NCBI GenBank assembly: GCA_051530055.1
Contig: CM121343.1
Coordinates: forward strand, 2,636,389-2,700,388
From: Neoechinorhynchus agilis
Taxonomy: Eukaryota; Animalia; Acanthocephala
DNA length: 64,000 nt
Reading direction: 5' to 3'
The notes beneath the pieces are model-generated. The model did not search any database and was not told where the DNA came from. It saw only the letters and a list, made by a program, of their open reading frames with translations. How positions within the stretch are numbered: the stretch's first letter is position 1; each line of letters starts with the position of its first letter. This document shows, piece by piece, positions 1-11,988 of this stretch. The position numbers were made by a program, and so were the translations under genes.

Positions 1-3000
1 TATTACATCTTCTAAAGTGTGCTTTTACGAAGATTAGACCAAATAACTTTAGCAGATCAGATCTTCGATGTATTATGACACTCATTTCGAGTCAGTTCAA
101 GTCATTTAAACTATCACAAGAAATATTTGAATATTGCCGCGAATATTGCGATTACGACTTAAAGTAAATTGCACGCGTTTAAAATAGAAATCGATAATTC
201 CGAATGCTTATAAGTTGGACATGCGATACACTGCCAATATTTTATGGATTGTGGTACGGAGAGATTGAAGTTATCAATACATATAGATCGACTGTTGAGC
301 ATATATTTCAAGTTTTTGATCAATTCAATGAGGAGCAGAGACAAATATGCATTCAAACTGGTTTTCTTCAAGCCATGTTAAAATCACGTTGCTTGAACGA
401 GTATGTATTGGAGTTATGTAAAATTTAATCTATCCAATAGGAGTTTCGAATACAACGAAATAAATTCTGGATTCGCTTATGGAGTTGCTCTAGTGTTTTT
501 CTGGTTAGATTTGCTTTTACCAAATTTTTGGTGCATGGTTGTTCGTTAGCTCCACTGATCACTACTATACTTTTAACTGGTACGTGGCGGCAATTTCACA
601 AATTTATGTTCATAAAAGTTTGGATAAAAGTAAGTGTATCCACCTCACGAATCGTTAATTATTTAAATATTAGGTACCAAAAATTCGGATCGATATGTTG
701 TGGTTGGTATCAGAACTGTGGTTGAAGCTGTTGAAGCAGTCTTGGATCTTGTGATGGAAATCCTTTTTGAGATTCATCCCAGTCATCGTACGTATTAGCG
801 AATCGTATCTCCTTCCATAAAATATGTGTTCAATTGCGATGCATGAGAGCTTTTTATCCTGACGGGATATTTAATATCAAGTTTTTCCTTAAACATGATT
901 ATTTTTTGCCACACTTTATTTTTTTGGACGTTGCCTCTACCGCTGTAAAGTCTTTATTACATGAACGTATTTAAAGTAAATCAAGAGTTGAATAATTTTT
1001 TAAATCGAGCTACCCAGGAGAAGACCATGAAACATGGTTTAATTTTTTTAACTTCTAATCTTAGTTATTCGCTATTTATCTTTTTAGGTGAACAAATGGG
1101 AGATTCGTCGACGCTAAACAAGTTGGTTACTATTGCATATCCTATCGCCATTTTTATTTATATTCATTAAGGTCACATTTGCTAAAAAAGTTTTTAGAGA
1201 GAGCTCTAAATGATTTTCCAAACCATATTGATTGGTACTGTCACAACATTGCGAACTTTTTCAAACTTTCTTCAGACGCACTGATTGCAAATGGTAAGTT
1301 TCTGGTCACAATATCAAAGCACTTTTATAGCAGTTCCCATTTTTAGATCAACAGGTCAAAAATATTAACAAAGAAGTGCTTCTCATGGAGAACACGATGC
1401 TTCAACTGACCCGTTCTATTATTATACTTTCAAGTGCCGTCAGCGTAAGATACTGAAATATTTAAATACTGTTGATTTCTTTACCTTCTTATACCTGCTT
1501 TCGCTACCACCGATAATCGTCAAGTTTTCTGCAAAACTTATCCGAGGTGCTTTTCTTCCCCTGGAAATTCACCTTAACATTTTCATGAAGTCTTATTCCA
1601 TGGAATTAATATTTCGGCTTTAATTTCACATTTTCGCTAACATTTAAGATATTTGGTCCTCGTTTTAATTTAATTGAAAAAATTGTACTCAATTTCGTTC
1701 TTTCACTATCCCTTTAGCTTTAGTCATGTCGATAGATTTTAAATTAGCAATCCTTAGGGTTATTACAAACTAATTTTCATAATTAAGTCGCGATCTTTAC
1801 TCCCTTTCCCATTATTTCACGGAATATCCCGACGAAGATGCGAAATGCTTTTTTTGTAAAATCAATAGCATTATATTGTTTTTTTTGAAAATTTCCCATT
1901 GATGAGATATTCCATTTATTTTCAATATATTCTTGGCATTTACGCATTGAGTACAATTCTAATGAAATTTTCCAGCGTTATTAAGTAATAACATTGGTTC
2001 TAATTATATTTTCTATATGCTGTTTCTAAGTTATCTTAAGAAATAGATCTTTAAAATATATCCTTTGAACACAATGTCACATGCAGGAATTTATTAGCTC
2101 TGATGTGATTCCTTCATTTAATTTTCATAATTAAGTCGCGATCTTTACTCCCTTTCCCATTATTTCACGGAATATCCCGACGAAGATGCGAAATGCTTTT
2201 TTTGTAAAATCAATAGCATTATATTGTTTTTTTTGAAAATTTCCCATTGATGAGATATTCCATTTATTTTCAATATATTCTTGGCATTTACGCATTGAGT
2301 ACAATTCTAATGAAATTTTTTAGCGTTATTAAGCAATAACATTGGTTCTAATTATATTTTCTATATGCTGTTTCTAAGTTATCTTAAGAAATAGATCTTT
2401 AAAATATATCCTTTGAACACAATGTCACATGCAGGAATTTATTAGCTCTGATGTGATTCCTTCATTTAATTTTCATAATTAAGTCGCGATCTTTACTCCC
2501 TTTCCCATTATTTCACGGAATATCCCGACGAAGATGCGAAATGCTTTTTTTGTAAAATCAATAGCATTATATTGTTTTTTTTGAAAATTTCCCATTGATG
2601 AGATATTCCATTTATTTTCAATATATTCTTGGCATTTACGCATTGAGTACAATTCTAATGAAATTTTTTAGCGTTATTAAGCAATAACATTGGTTCTAAT
2701 TATATTTTCTATATGCTGTTTCTAAGTTATCTTAAGAAATAGATCTTTAAAATATATCCTTTGAACACAATGTCACATGCAGGAATTTATTAGCTCTGAT
2801 GTGATTCCTTCATTTCAAATGGATCTCATGAGATTACTTAAAGAACAAGAGGATATTATAAATTCATCTGTACGTACCTATGAAATTCATTTGTGTTCGT
2901 GATCGAAGACAAAAAATTTAAGTTCAAAAGCATGTTTTACTTGTTCAAGTCATGCCATCAAAGTAGCACTCGGATATCGATGATTCGACTATTTTCTGAA

Positions 3001-6000
3001 GAAATCCCAGATTTGCACTATTATTTTGGTTACTTACGTTTGCACTCAAATGACGAGGTTTTTCAAGATCATACTCGATCTTTTTGTCTAAAATTCAAAT
3101 TTTCCTAGCACTGTGAGACGATCAAGGCATACTTGAGCGATTTGTTGCACGATTCATCCTATCCGGATTTGGCATCTCATTTGGACAAAATAAACGCCGC
3201 TATTGATTTGTTACCGTCGTCTGGAATAAAATGGGTTAGCGGAACTGCTCGCTCTGTGAGTTCCTTATCTCGGGTGAGATTCTGTTGCCGGCATATTCAA
3301 ACATTTAAACTTACGTTGGTTAGCATAACCAAGAAAATTGTCGAAGAGGCGTAAATATTGCACAAATCGAAAAAGATTTCAAGCGATTGATTCAGAAGGA
3401 TATATTGGCAATATCTCAGCATTCGAATGATGCAATAAATTATTACAAAGAGGGCTTAAGTGCTGCTAAATCAATTCAAAATGCGCAAGGAAATGTTAGC
3501 ACAGAATATAAACGAGAACGGTTACAAATATGCTACGAAGCGGTGAAAAGTTGGCGTTCCCTCGTCTCTCACCTCACTCACGATTGGTATGTTAATCGAT
3601 TTTTGACTCTATTATGATCAAGTTTTTAAAGTGCTCTATGGCACGAGAAGGAGTCGTATGGACAATTTTGGCGATTAGATCAAATGGCTTCTGCAACTGG
3701 CGAAAGACGGAGACTAAAGAGATGTCGAATAGGGGATTTTGAAGATAGATTTCTCTTGCCTGAAAGTAGATGGCGATTGGGTATCTATGTCGATATCGGT
3801 TTTCTTTTTTTTCATAACGAAATCTACAATTTCAGAACCAGAAAAAAATGACCTTCCACTTATATACTTGAGACAAATGGATGGGGGAATAAATGAATAC
3901 ATTGATAAAGCTTTTATACAAAGTTTACAAGACAGTAATTCAGTTGAATTTTACCGAAAATGTTCAAAAATCCGAGCTGAATACAACGTTGAAGGTGTAA
4001 TTTACATTCGTAAGTTTTTAATCTGCGCACTTACATAAGTGATTAAGTTTTTTTCAGATATGAATAACGTTAATTTTATTGGATTGAGCGTAAATCACGA
4101 GCGAGGGACGATATATCATGTAAGACAGAATATTATATAGTAGCAGCTTTTTAATTCACCAAATACTTTTCTGAATTCATGAACATTAAATTGGGGTCAT
4201 TACAGTTGTACGATTGTTAATTTTTGAAGTTTAATTTTGGATTAATGCTTGAGAATACTGGATTTGCCCAGCGAAATATCACAATAAATCAATATCTTTA
4301 TTGTCCGAAGAGTAGGAATCACCTCAGCACCACAGTTGTTGTTTTCATAATCCCCGGATAAAACGTATTTTATTGAAATATTTCGAACGAAGAAGCCTCG
4401 CCTCATCTGCGATCTAAAAAGGTTTTAGTTTGAATTTCTTGGGTAGTACGCGGGATCGCCATTCCCGAGGTTCTGCGACCGTATGTCCGCCCGAGTACCC
4501 TTTCGTTGTGTGGCTTTTTTTCATTGATTTTTAACACGTCGCTAGCTGATAGTTTTAAGCTCAGTTCCTTTAAATTGTTCCACGGAATCGTAGATTTTAT
4601 CATTTGAGATTAAACTATTTGTAAAATTTATCCTTAGATTTATAATTATGAAAGTATTTGTGGATCTATTGGTTTTTTTTAATTTTGGAGATGTATACTC
4701 TTTGACTCCACGTTAAAGTAGTGCGTAATTCGATTATTAATAATAAAAATATTAAGTGAGTTAAGATTTATAACTTAAAGTTTCCATTATATAAAACGTT
4801 TATTGCAAATACAAAAGGTTAGGAGGAGGACCCATTTGCCCGTTTGGGTCCTCATCCGTTAATATGGGAATATGCAGTCGAGGGATGTCCGTTTGGGAGG
4901 TGAATCCTTATCGAACTACAAACCCCGTTTTACATTAAAGCATGATTTAAATTCGCTTCTAGGTCCAGAATCTCCCTATTTTTGCATTTATTAAATCTAT
5001 TTTTCACTTTATAAGCAACTGGACGACGGTGTGTCTGATTCATATATAACAATACGGAGCAATGAAATCCAACAAATGTTTCGAAGGCGATACATACTTT
5101 CGAACGTTGCGGTCGAAATATTCTTAACGTCCGGCGATTCTCATATGTTCATGTTTGAAAAGATGGAGGTATTTAACCACGGGTTTTGTTCAAATCAAAT
5201 ATGAATGTGGGTTTTAGGACCGCGAGATGTTTTGGAAGCATGTAATGAATATTCAACCGCCATCATACAAAAATCCGCTGAGCATTGATCAAGTTGCTCG
5301 CCAGTGGATTGATGGTCATTTATCAAATTTCGAATATTTAAGATTATTGAATCGATACGCTGGGAGATCATTTAATGACCTTCTTCAATATCCAGTATTC
5401 CCACATATTCTTTCAAAATACACATTGGATAAAATCGAACTCGATGATCCAAAGATATACAGGTAAAATTTTAGTTTTATTTTGATAGGTTTACTGTTAA
5501 TTTATCATAAAAAGGAATCTCAATCGACCAATAGCAATTCAGAATCCTGAACGCGAGGAGAAATTCAAGATGAACTACACATCGCTCCAACAAAAAGGAA
5601 ACAATCGTATATCGGCATTTATTAGACCTGGACCATACCACTATCCATCGGTATACTCAAATATGACGGTCGTCTTACAATATCTTATACGAGTATTGCC
5701 CTATACTCGCCAATTCATTGAGTATCAAGGTAAGGTCTAGTGTAAGCTCACTAGGCAAATAATTGATATTTTATTAGATGGCGAATTCGATGTGCCAGAC
5801 AGATGTTTCCGCTCTATAAAAAGCACGTATCTCGTACTCACTGGAGAATCGATTTCGGATTTCAGGGAACTTATTCCTGAATTTTTCTATTTTCATGAAT
5901 TTCTCCAAAACAGATTAGGTATAAGATATCATTCGGATTCATGTTTTTTGTCATAAACAAACGCGTTTTACACTCAGGTTTTGATTATGGTCGACGGCAA

Positions 6001-7989
6001 AACGGTAAACAAATTGGCGATGTTGAATTGCCCACTTGGTGCAATCAAAATGCAAGATTATTCGTTATGATTCACAGACAAGCACTGGAGTCTGATCATG
6101 TAACGCGATCTTTAAACGGTTGGATCGATCTCATATTTGGTCATAATCAACAAGGCCGAAACGCTGTCAGAACAATGAATCTATATCATCCAGCGGTAAG
6201 TAAATTCCGAGCAACTTATTCTGGTCAACACGATGCTTTGGTTATCCTGTATGACGGAAAATTAAAGTAATTTATTAGGCTCATAATCTAATCACAACCT
6301 TGATAAAGACACAAGATTGTGCCGAAATATTGGACCTAATAAATTACTTGAAATTTGCCGCCATGCTGACCGCTTCGTAATTATATTCAATCTAATGAGA
6401 CCAAATCCGATATTCATAAAATTATGATTTTTATACTCAATTAGATAATGAAAAACCAGAGTTAAGATCGTAGAGTAGACCAAGAATACCGGTTTAAAGT
6501 AAACCAGCCTTTTTTTTCAAAGTTCAATCGGTAATTCTAAAAAAATATTTTAAATTTTTCCCAAGTAGATAAATCTTGATTTAAGTTCGCTAAATAACCA
6601 ACAAAATTACATGAAATTTGTGAGCAATTTATCGAAATCGGTATTGCCATTTATATTTCGCCATAAATCTTGGTTGTTTTTAGTGTTATTATGGGTTTGA
6701 CTTTGGTGATTGCCCAACTAAAGGTATTTTCGAAGTTCTAATGGAGATTGCGAAATCCTACGGCCAGATTCCTCTACAACTCTTCCACAGTCCTCATATG
6801 GCTCATAAACCGATCGAACAGAATCTACGATATCGATTTCCCTCGGAGGTTTGCCAAATTATCCATTTGCTTAATTTTACTGTAATCTCCACAGAGCATA
6901 CATCATAATGTCCTCGCATTGAATTGGGGTGACTATGTAGGATCCCTCAAACATGCCAATGGAATCACAATTCAAAACTTATCGACTTCTCAAAAGCCAC
7001 TTATCGCATTTTGTTGCTGGAACAATCAAGTTTTCGGTTTAGCCAACACATACCTGCACATGACATTCAGTTTGGGAGGAAAAGAACTTAAGGATCCCTT
7101 AACAATTTCATACGATGAAAAGTCGTCTCTCCTGGCGTTCTCAGTATTAAACAAACCGACAACTTATCGTTGCTTGCTTCCAACTAATTTAGGAATGGTG
7201 ATATACGACTGAAATTCCTAAATGATTGAACGACTTGCTTTGTTTTAGGCTACTACTTGTACATCGTTCGACGATACGATATTCATTGGTTATACTTGCG
7301 GTGCAATCGCTACTTATAGTGTCCATAAGAATGTTAGAGTCTATCAATGTTTATAATCCATTGTAAATAGTGAAACCTTCAACATTTAGGGGCTAGCCGC
7401 TGGACCACTCAGGCATCGATTTCCATTTATAGCTCACGATGCGCCTGTTACAAGCCTTACTGTATGCCAGTCCTTTTCATTGATGATTAGCGGAGATGCG
7501 ATGGGTCGTATTGCCTTATGGGACATGGCCCGGATGGAATACATTCAAAGTACAACATTGGAAGGCAGAAAAGTATCTAAAATTGCCATCAGTGACACTA
7601 CTGGGGATTTTGCGGTCGTAAGTTATTACAACGACAGAGATCTGCTCGACTATGAAGAATGGCGATTGGACATGTTTACGTGCAATATGGATAAAATCGC
7701 CAGTCTTGACCCGTACAGGGTCTTCAAAAAGAAATCGGAATGTGAGTTAAGGGCAATAACATTCACCAATGCACCAGAAGGAACTTCCGTGAATTGCTTA
7801 GTTGGTGGATTTTCAGATGGTACACTTCGCTTTTGGAGCACATTTGATTTGACACTATTAAGAGTGGCAAATTGTTTAGAAGGACGAGGGGCGATCACGG
7901 CAATTGCATTTAATTCTGGACGTGATAGAATGTTCGTTTCTAATGACAAATGCGAAGTATTCTCAGTCGTAAATAAACAGTACACTTGA
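1..7989 (+). CDS. LYST: LYST/CHS1-type BEACH-WD40 protein; multi-exon, 5' part lies upstream of the window
   Basis: Spliced translation gives a PH-BEACH-WD40 order: RRYILSNVAVEIFLT (PH), WIDGHLSNFEYLRLLNRYAGRSFNDLLQYPVFPHIL, ELIPEFFY, WIDLIFG, KSYGQIPLQLF, and the LYST-typical LNWGDYVGS, then WD40 repeats to the stop at 7989. Many canonical short GT-AG introns, e.g. 5463-5514 and 6196-6683. Confidence 0.85.
1771..2814. repeat. Three near-identical tandem copies of a 348-bp unit inside the LYST gene
   Basis: Unit start TAATTTTCATAATTAAGTCGCG at 1771, 2119 and 2467; array ends at GATTCCTTCATT 2814. Confidence 0.95.
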
Positions 7990-8040
7990 GCTCTTTATTG
8001 TTGGTTTCTGCGTTTCATAAAAACTAATCACACAAGCCGG

Positions 8041-10242
8041 TCACACTTCAGAATGTCCAACAATGTAGCCATTGTTTTTTTCTTGATTCAAAGGTAAATT
8101 ATTAAGACGATTAGATAGTGCGCTCGTGTATCCCAAGTACTTTGGAGTACCAATCCCACAGAAATCACTAGACGACCTCTGTTGTTTGGGCTGAAGTTCA
8201 AGACGAGGCAGATCTGATTGCCGACATAGATTTAGAACGAGCTCTTGAGCATCGAGCTTTCTGTAAAACAAGGATGGCAAAACTAAAAGTGCAAAACCGA
8301 CGAACCGTATTAGCTTCACAACTGAACCTAATGTTGCCCTAGACACGTTACGACCATTGACACCTACTATAAAATCGCCGACATGAATATTGCGGTTGAA
8401 ATTATCTAAATGATAATTTAGGAAAACAAGAGGAACAAGATTTCGGTACCTTGATTGACGCGAGTTATTCTACATGGACAGTTTCCAGCTACACTTAATC
8501 CATAACCGTATTCCGTCCGTGGAATCCTCACCTAATTATCATCCTGTACAATCTGCCGCATTTTCAAGCGAAGTGGAACTCACAGCGATGTTTCGAAGGC
8601 CAATCATATCCTGATTTAATTCAGAAATTCCAACCTTGGTTGTCTTTACAGCTTTAGCTTGTTCGATTGTACGAGCCGGTATTTGTTTGTGCTTCGATTG
8701 CCCCAAATCATCTGGTAAAAGGTAGAACCATCCATATATTCCATCCGGCCCCACCTATGGGTAAACAACTCGAGCTAAGTTTGGTTCAGATTTTTATGAA
8801 AAATGCTCGGAAGATGCAGAACTTAATATGAGAAGCTTATAATGGAACTTAGAATTCTTGTGGTTTCAAAATAAACAATGTCTGCTCTCGACTACCGGAA
8901 AATCTTAGTAGTAATTGGAAAAATCAACAAATGTAAAGACAAATCGCGCATTTCGCGGAACAATAAAAGTCATTTTTATGAGAGCGGCGGAACAATGACT
9001 TAAAATCCATTGGAACAACAGTAAAGCATATCACCAAATGGATATTACCATTAATTAGAATTCGGTGATAATTAGCAATACGCTGCTGCTATCGTTTAAT
9101 GTGAATATGATATTACGAAAACACTGATTAAATCACTAATAGCAGCAAACTACTTTGGATGAGAAGTGAAAATACATACTTGTTCATATCTTGTATGAAG
9201 ATTGCGTATACTGAATGACATTGAACCTATAACATGCGCTGCTCTTGAACAAAGGCAACGATGACTTCTTTTTCAACTAGAAATGACCTACTTTGTAATT
9301 CTATCTAAATGGTAGGAGGTTATGAGAAGTCTTCTGTCAAGGTCGTCCTTGCATATTTCACTGCGAAAGCACGAATGCGGAATAGGTTCCTAATATAGTG
9401 TCAAGATGCTCACAAGGAGAACTTTTCGTTGTATGTCGGACTATTGGTTCCGTAGACAACCATGGTTCTGCAATTGACTCGATTACTTGAATCCGGCGTG
9501 AGGCGAACCTATAGATCTTCTTTAATAAACTTTAATCAGCTCATGAACAATCATACCCGTACAAAAGGGTTACATTCCTCGTCTAGACCGATTAACTGTT
9601 TAGCTTCAATCACTACAAATTTTCAATGTGGACAGCACATTTAGAGGTGCGGACTGATATTTGGACACGGAAACTCACCATTGATTGTCATAACGCCCGG
9701 AAATTCGTAAATGTGAAGTTTTAGAAGTCCTAAATATAAGATGAGAAATTTGGTTTTTAAATGAAATTACCTGGACAAGTTTTAGTTCTGAGTTTGTTAC
9801 AAAGAACTTTTTTATTGGCGAATTTCGTCATCTTCGAGTATCCCTGAGCAGCGAAGCTGGCGATTGATGGACTATAGAATCGATCGCAGCTCGACCGTGA
9901 ACTTTTAGATTTATCCGACGTGGTTGTCCCAATCGTTCTCCTCGTATTCTTATTGATAGCTTGCTGTGTAACGCTTACCGTGTCCGTTGAGCTATTTTTG
10001 GACGATCGATGATTTGGTAGAAGGAAAGTCTTAATGCCTTCTGATGTAGATCGACTCAGGTGCACTAATTTCGGAAAGATGGAGCACGAGAGATGAGATA
10101 TTGGGGAGGAGGAATCAAGGAACTCATGCGCAGTTGCAATTTTGGGCAAAGAATGTGACGGAAAATAGGTGCATTGCGATCACTGGGTCTTACCTTCTCG
10201 GATTCTCTTTTTTCTTCGAACTCGTGCACACCAACGAGACTG
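8041..10242 (-). CDS. C2-PDZ protein resembling the N-terminal C2+PDZ module of RGS3/PsGEF; 5' end unresolved
   Basis: Spliced exons give GLLKLHI..VIEAKQLIG..CNPFVRVRLTPD..PTYNEKFSF..RLLIT..VIGSMSFSI..GIYGWFYLLPDDLGQSKH (RGS3-type C2) followed by VRIPRTEYGYGLSVAGNCPCRITRV..VGDFIVGVNGRNV (PDZ); canonical GT-AG introns; stop at 8041. Confidence 0.75.
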
Positions 10243-11988
10243 TCAAAAAGACTTTAAAAGGAGAAACGCGAGGGTTTACGAACAATTGAAGTGGATGATT
10301 CGAGCGAACCAAAATGCGCGCATATCGCTACTCGTTCGGCAGGTGTAATGCCGCCAACTACTTCAGCGGCAGCAGCAGCAGCAGCACAAATGTGTTCTTA
10401 TTCGCAGAAATGACGATCTTTGACCAATCGATCTTCGGTCGAGCCCACCCCGGACAACACCTTGGCGCTAATGCGAACGGGGAAATCGAGTCCACTATCG
10501 TCACTAGGCAACAACTATACGCACTGCGGCGGCGGCGCCCAGCGAACCAATTAGGTGTGTTAGAAGCGGACTCGTTTGTGTGGAAGGAAGCAATTTTTCG
10601 GACGGTCTTTTGAGAAAAGAAGCAAACAGTCTTACTATTTGTACTAGGCACCAAAGGAATGCGTGTGTTAAGAGTCTCGACCCTTGCGCGATAGGTGGAC
10701 GAGCTAAAGGTGACAACGGAACCTTGGTCCAATACAACAAATCGGCCTTTCAGTCTTGTCGCCCAAATAGAAAGCCCCATTTACCAAACAAGAACGTAAA
10801 TCTCTCTCTTAATTATTTTTTTAATGAAATGGATCACTCAATACGTCTTTTGATGAAGGAAATGTTGCTTAAAATCATTCTTATAGGGCGATTCCCAGTA
10901 GGCGAGCCCATATTTGGACTCTTTATTAGTAGACGAAACAATAACCAACTAAAATCACAATCGCCGTTCCGTACCCTTAAAAAGTGACCAAACTTTAAAA
11001 TCAGCACCGGGCTATGAAGGTTGCTTTTACAGATAAGTATTCTCTCCGGACTGCGTAATATCATGACTCAATCGATTAAAAGTCACATTGTGACCTTTCG
11101 AATCCTCAGATAAATACAGAAACGTAAAACAGCACCACTATTATAGATTGTAAGAAAAAACGCAAGATAATGCAAATCTCAAAGGACGAAATTGTCGCGA
11201 ATCAGTAGTCCATGAAAAAACCGTTATTATCGCTGAAAAGTGTAATTAAAATCTTAATAGAACAAATCTTTTAGACCTGACGATTTAATTGAGGCTAAAT
11301 TAAAAATGGCATTATTTGCATACGTAAAATAAACCGGAGAAGGAACGAAGTTCTCTACTGGGTTTCGTTTCTCTAAATTAAAAAAAGCATACAAAAAATG
11401 AACTTTATCTAAATTTTAGAGACGAATCATTGACGATTCGAGGGCGAGAGAACTTCTGCAAAACATAAGCCTGGCTGGGCAATGGAGAAAGGGGAACACT
11501 GAATCCATCCTTTCGACCATTGCGCCAGGACGACAGCTTTTAATGATCCAGAGCAGTGGCGTAAATGTTTTTCGAACTCTTTTTGTTGCAAAAAAATAAA
11601 GAATTACCGTACTTCTAGCGTAAATAAATATTTGTTTTTTTCTGTTGAATTCAGCGTATACCCAATAATTTATAATACTCAGGACTGATTAATAGGTCAT
11701 CGGTGTCATTTAATCTCGGTCTCCTTTTGAGAGAAATTAGAAATTAAGATTCAGGAAACACCGGTAATTCGGTCCCTTCCAGGATCTCATAGACGACAAC
11801 CGTTTCTCGTGGTTAATTATTTGATCACCTTTAAGAGCATTTCTCCCCCGGCTCACATAGTAAATAGTACGAACTGGTCCATTTAGGGATTTATAGCAGG
11901 TTTACAAAACGATCATTTCTTTTATCCCATAAAGCATTCGATTGACGCCTTTTTATGAATTCGCTCCCTTCCACTTGGATCATTGTTC

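Noticed and set aside
3340-3400. Apparent non-canonical junction in LYST at GAG GCG TAA
   Set aside because: A canonical GTGAGA..GGTTAG intron upstream shifts the frame and reads through cleanly (HNQENCRRGVNIAQIEKDFKRLIQK).
4822-4923. Two-hairpin intronic element in LYST ending in ACA, resembling an H/ACA snoRNA
   Set aside because: No ANANNA H box between the hairpins and no clear pseudouridylation pockets; it remains an unexplained small structure.
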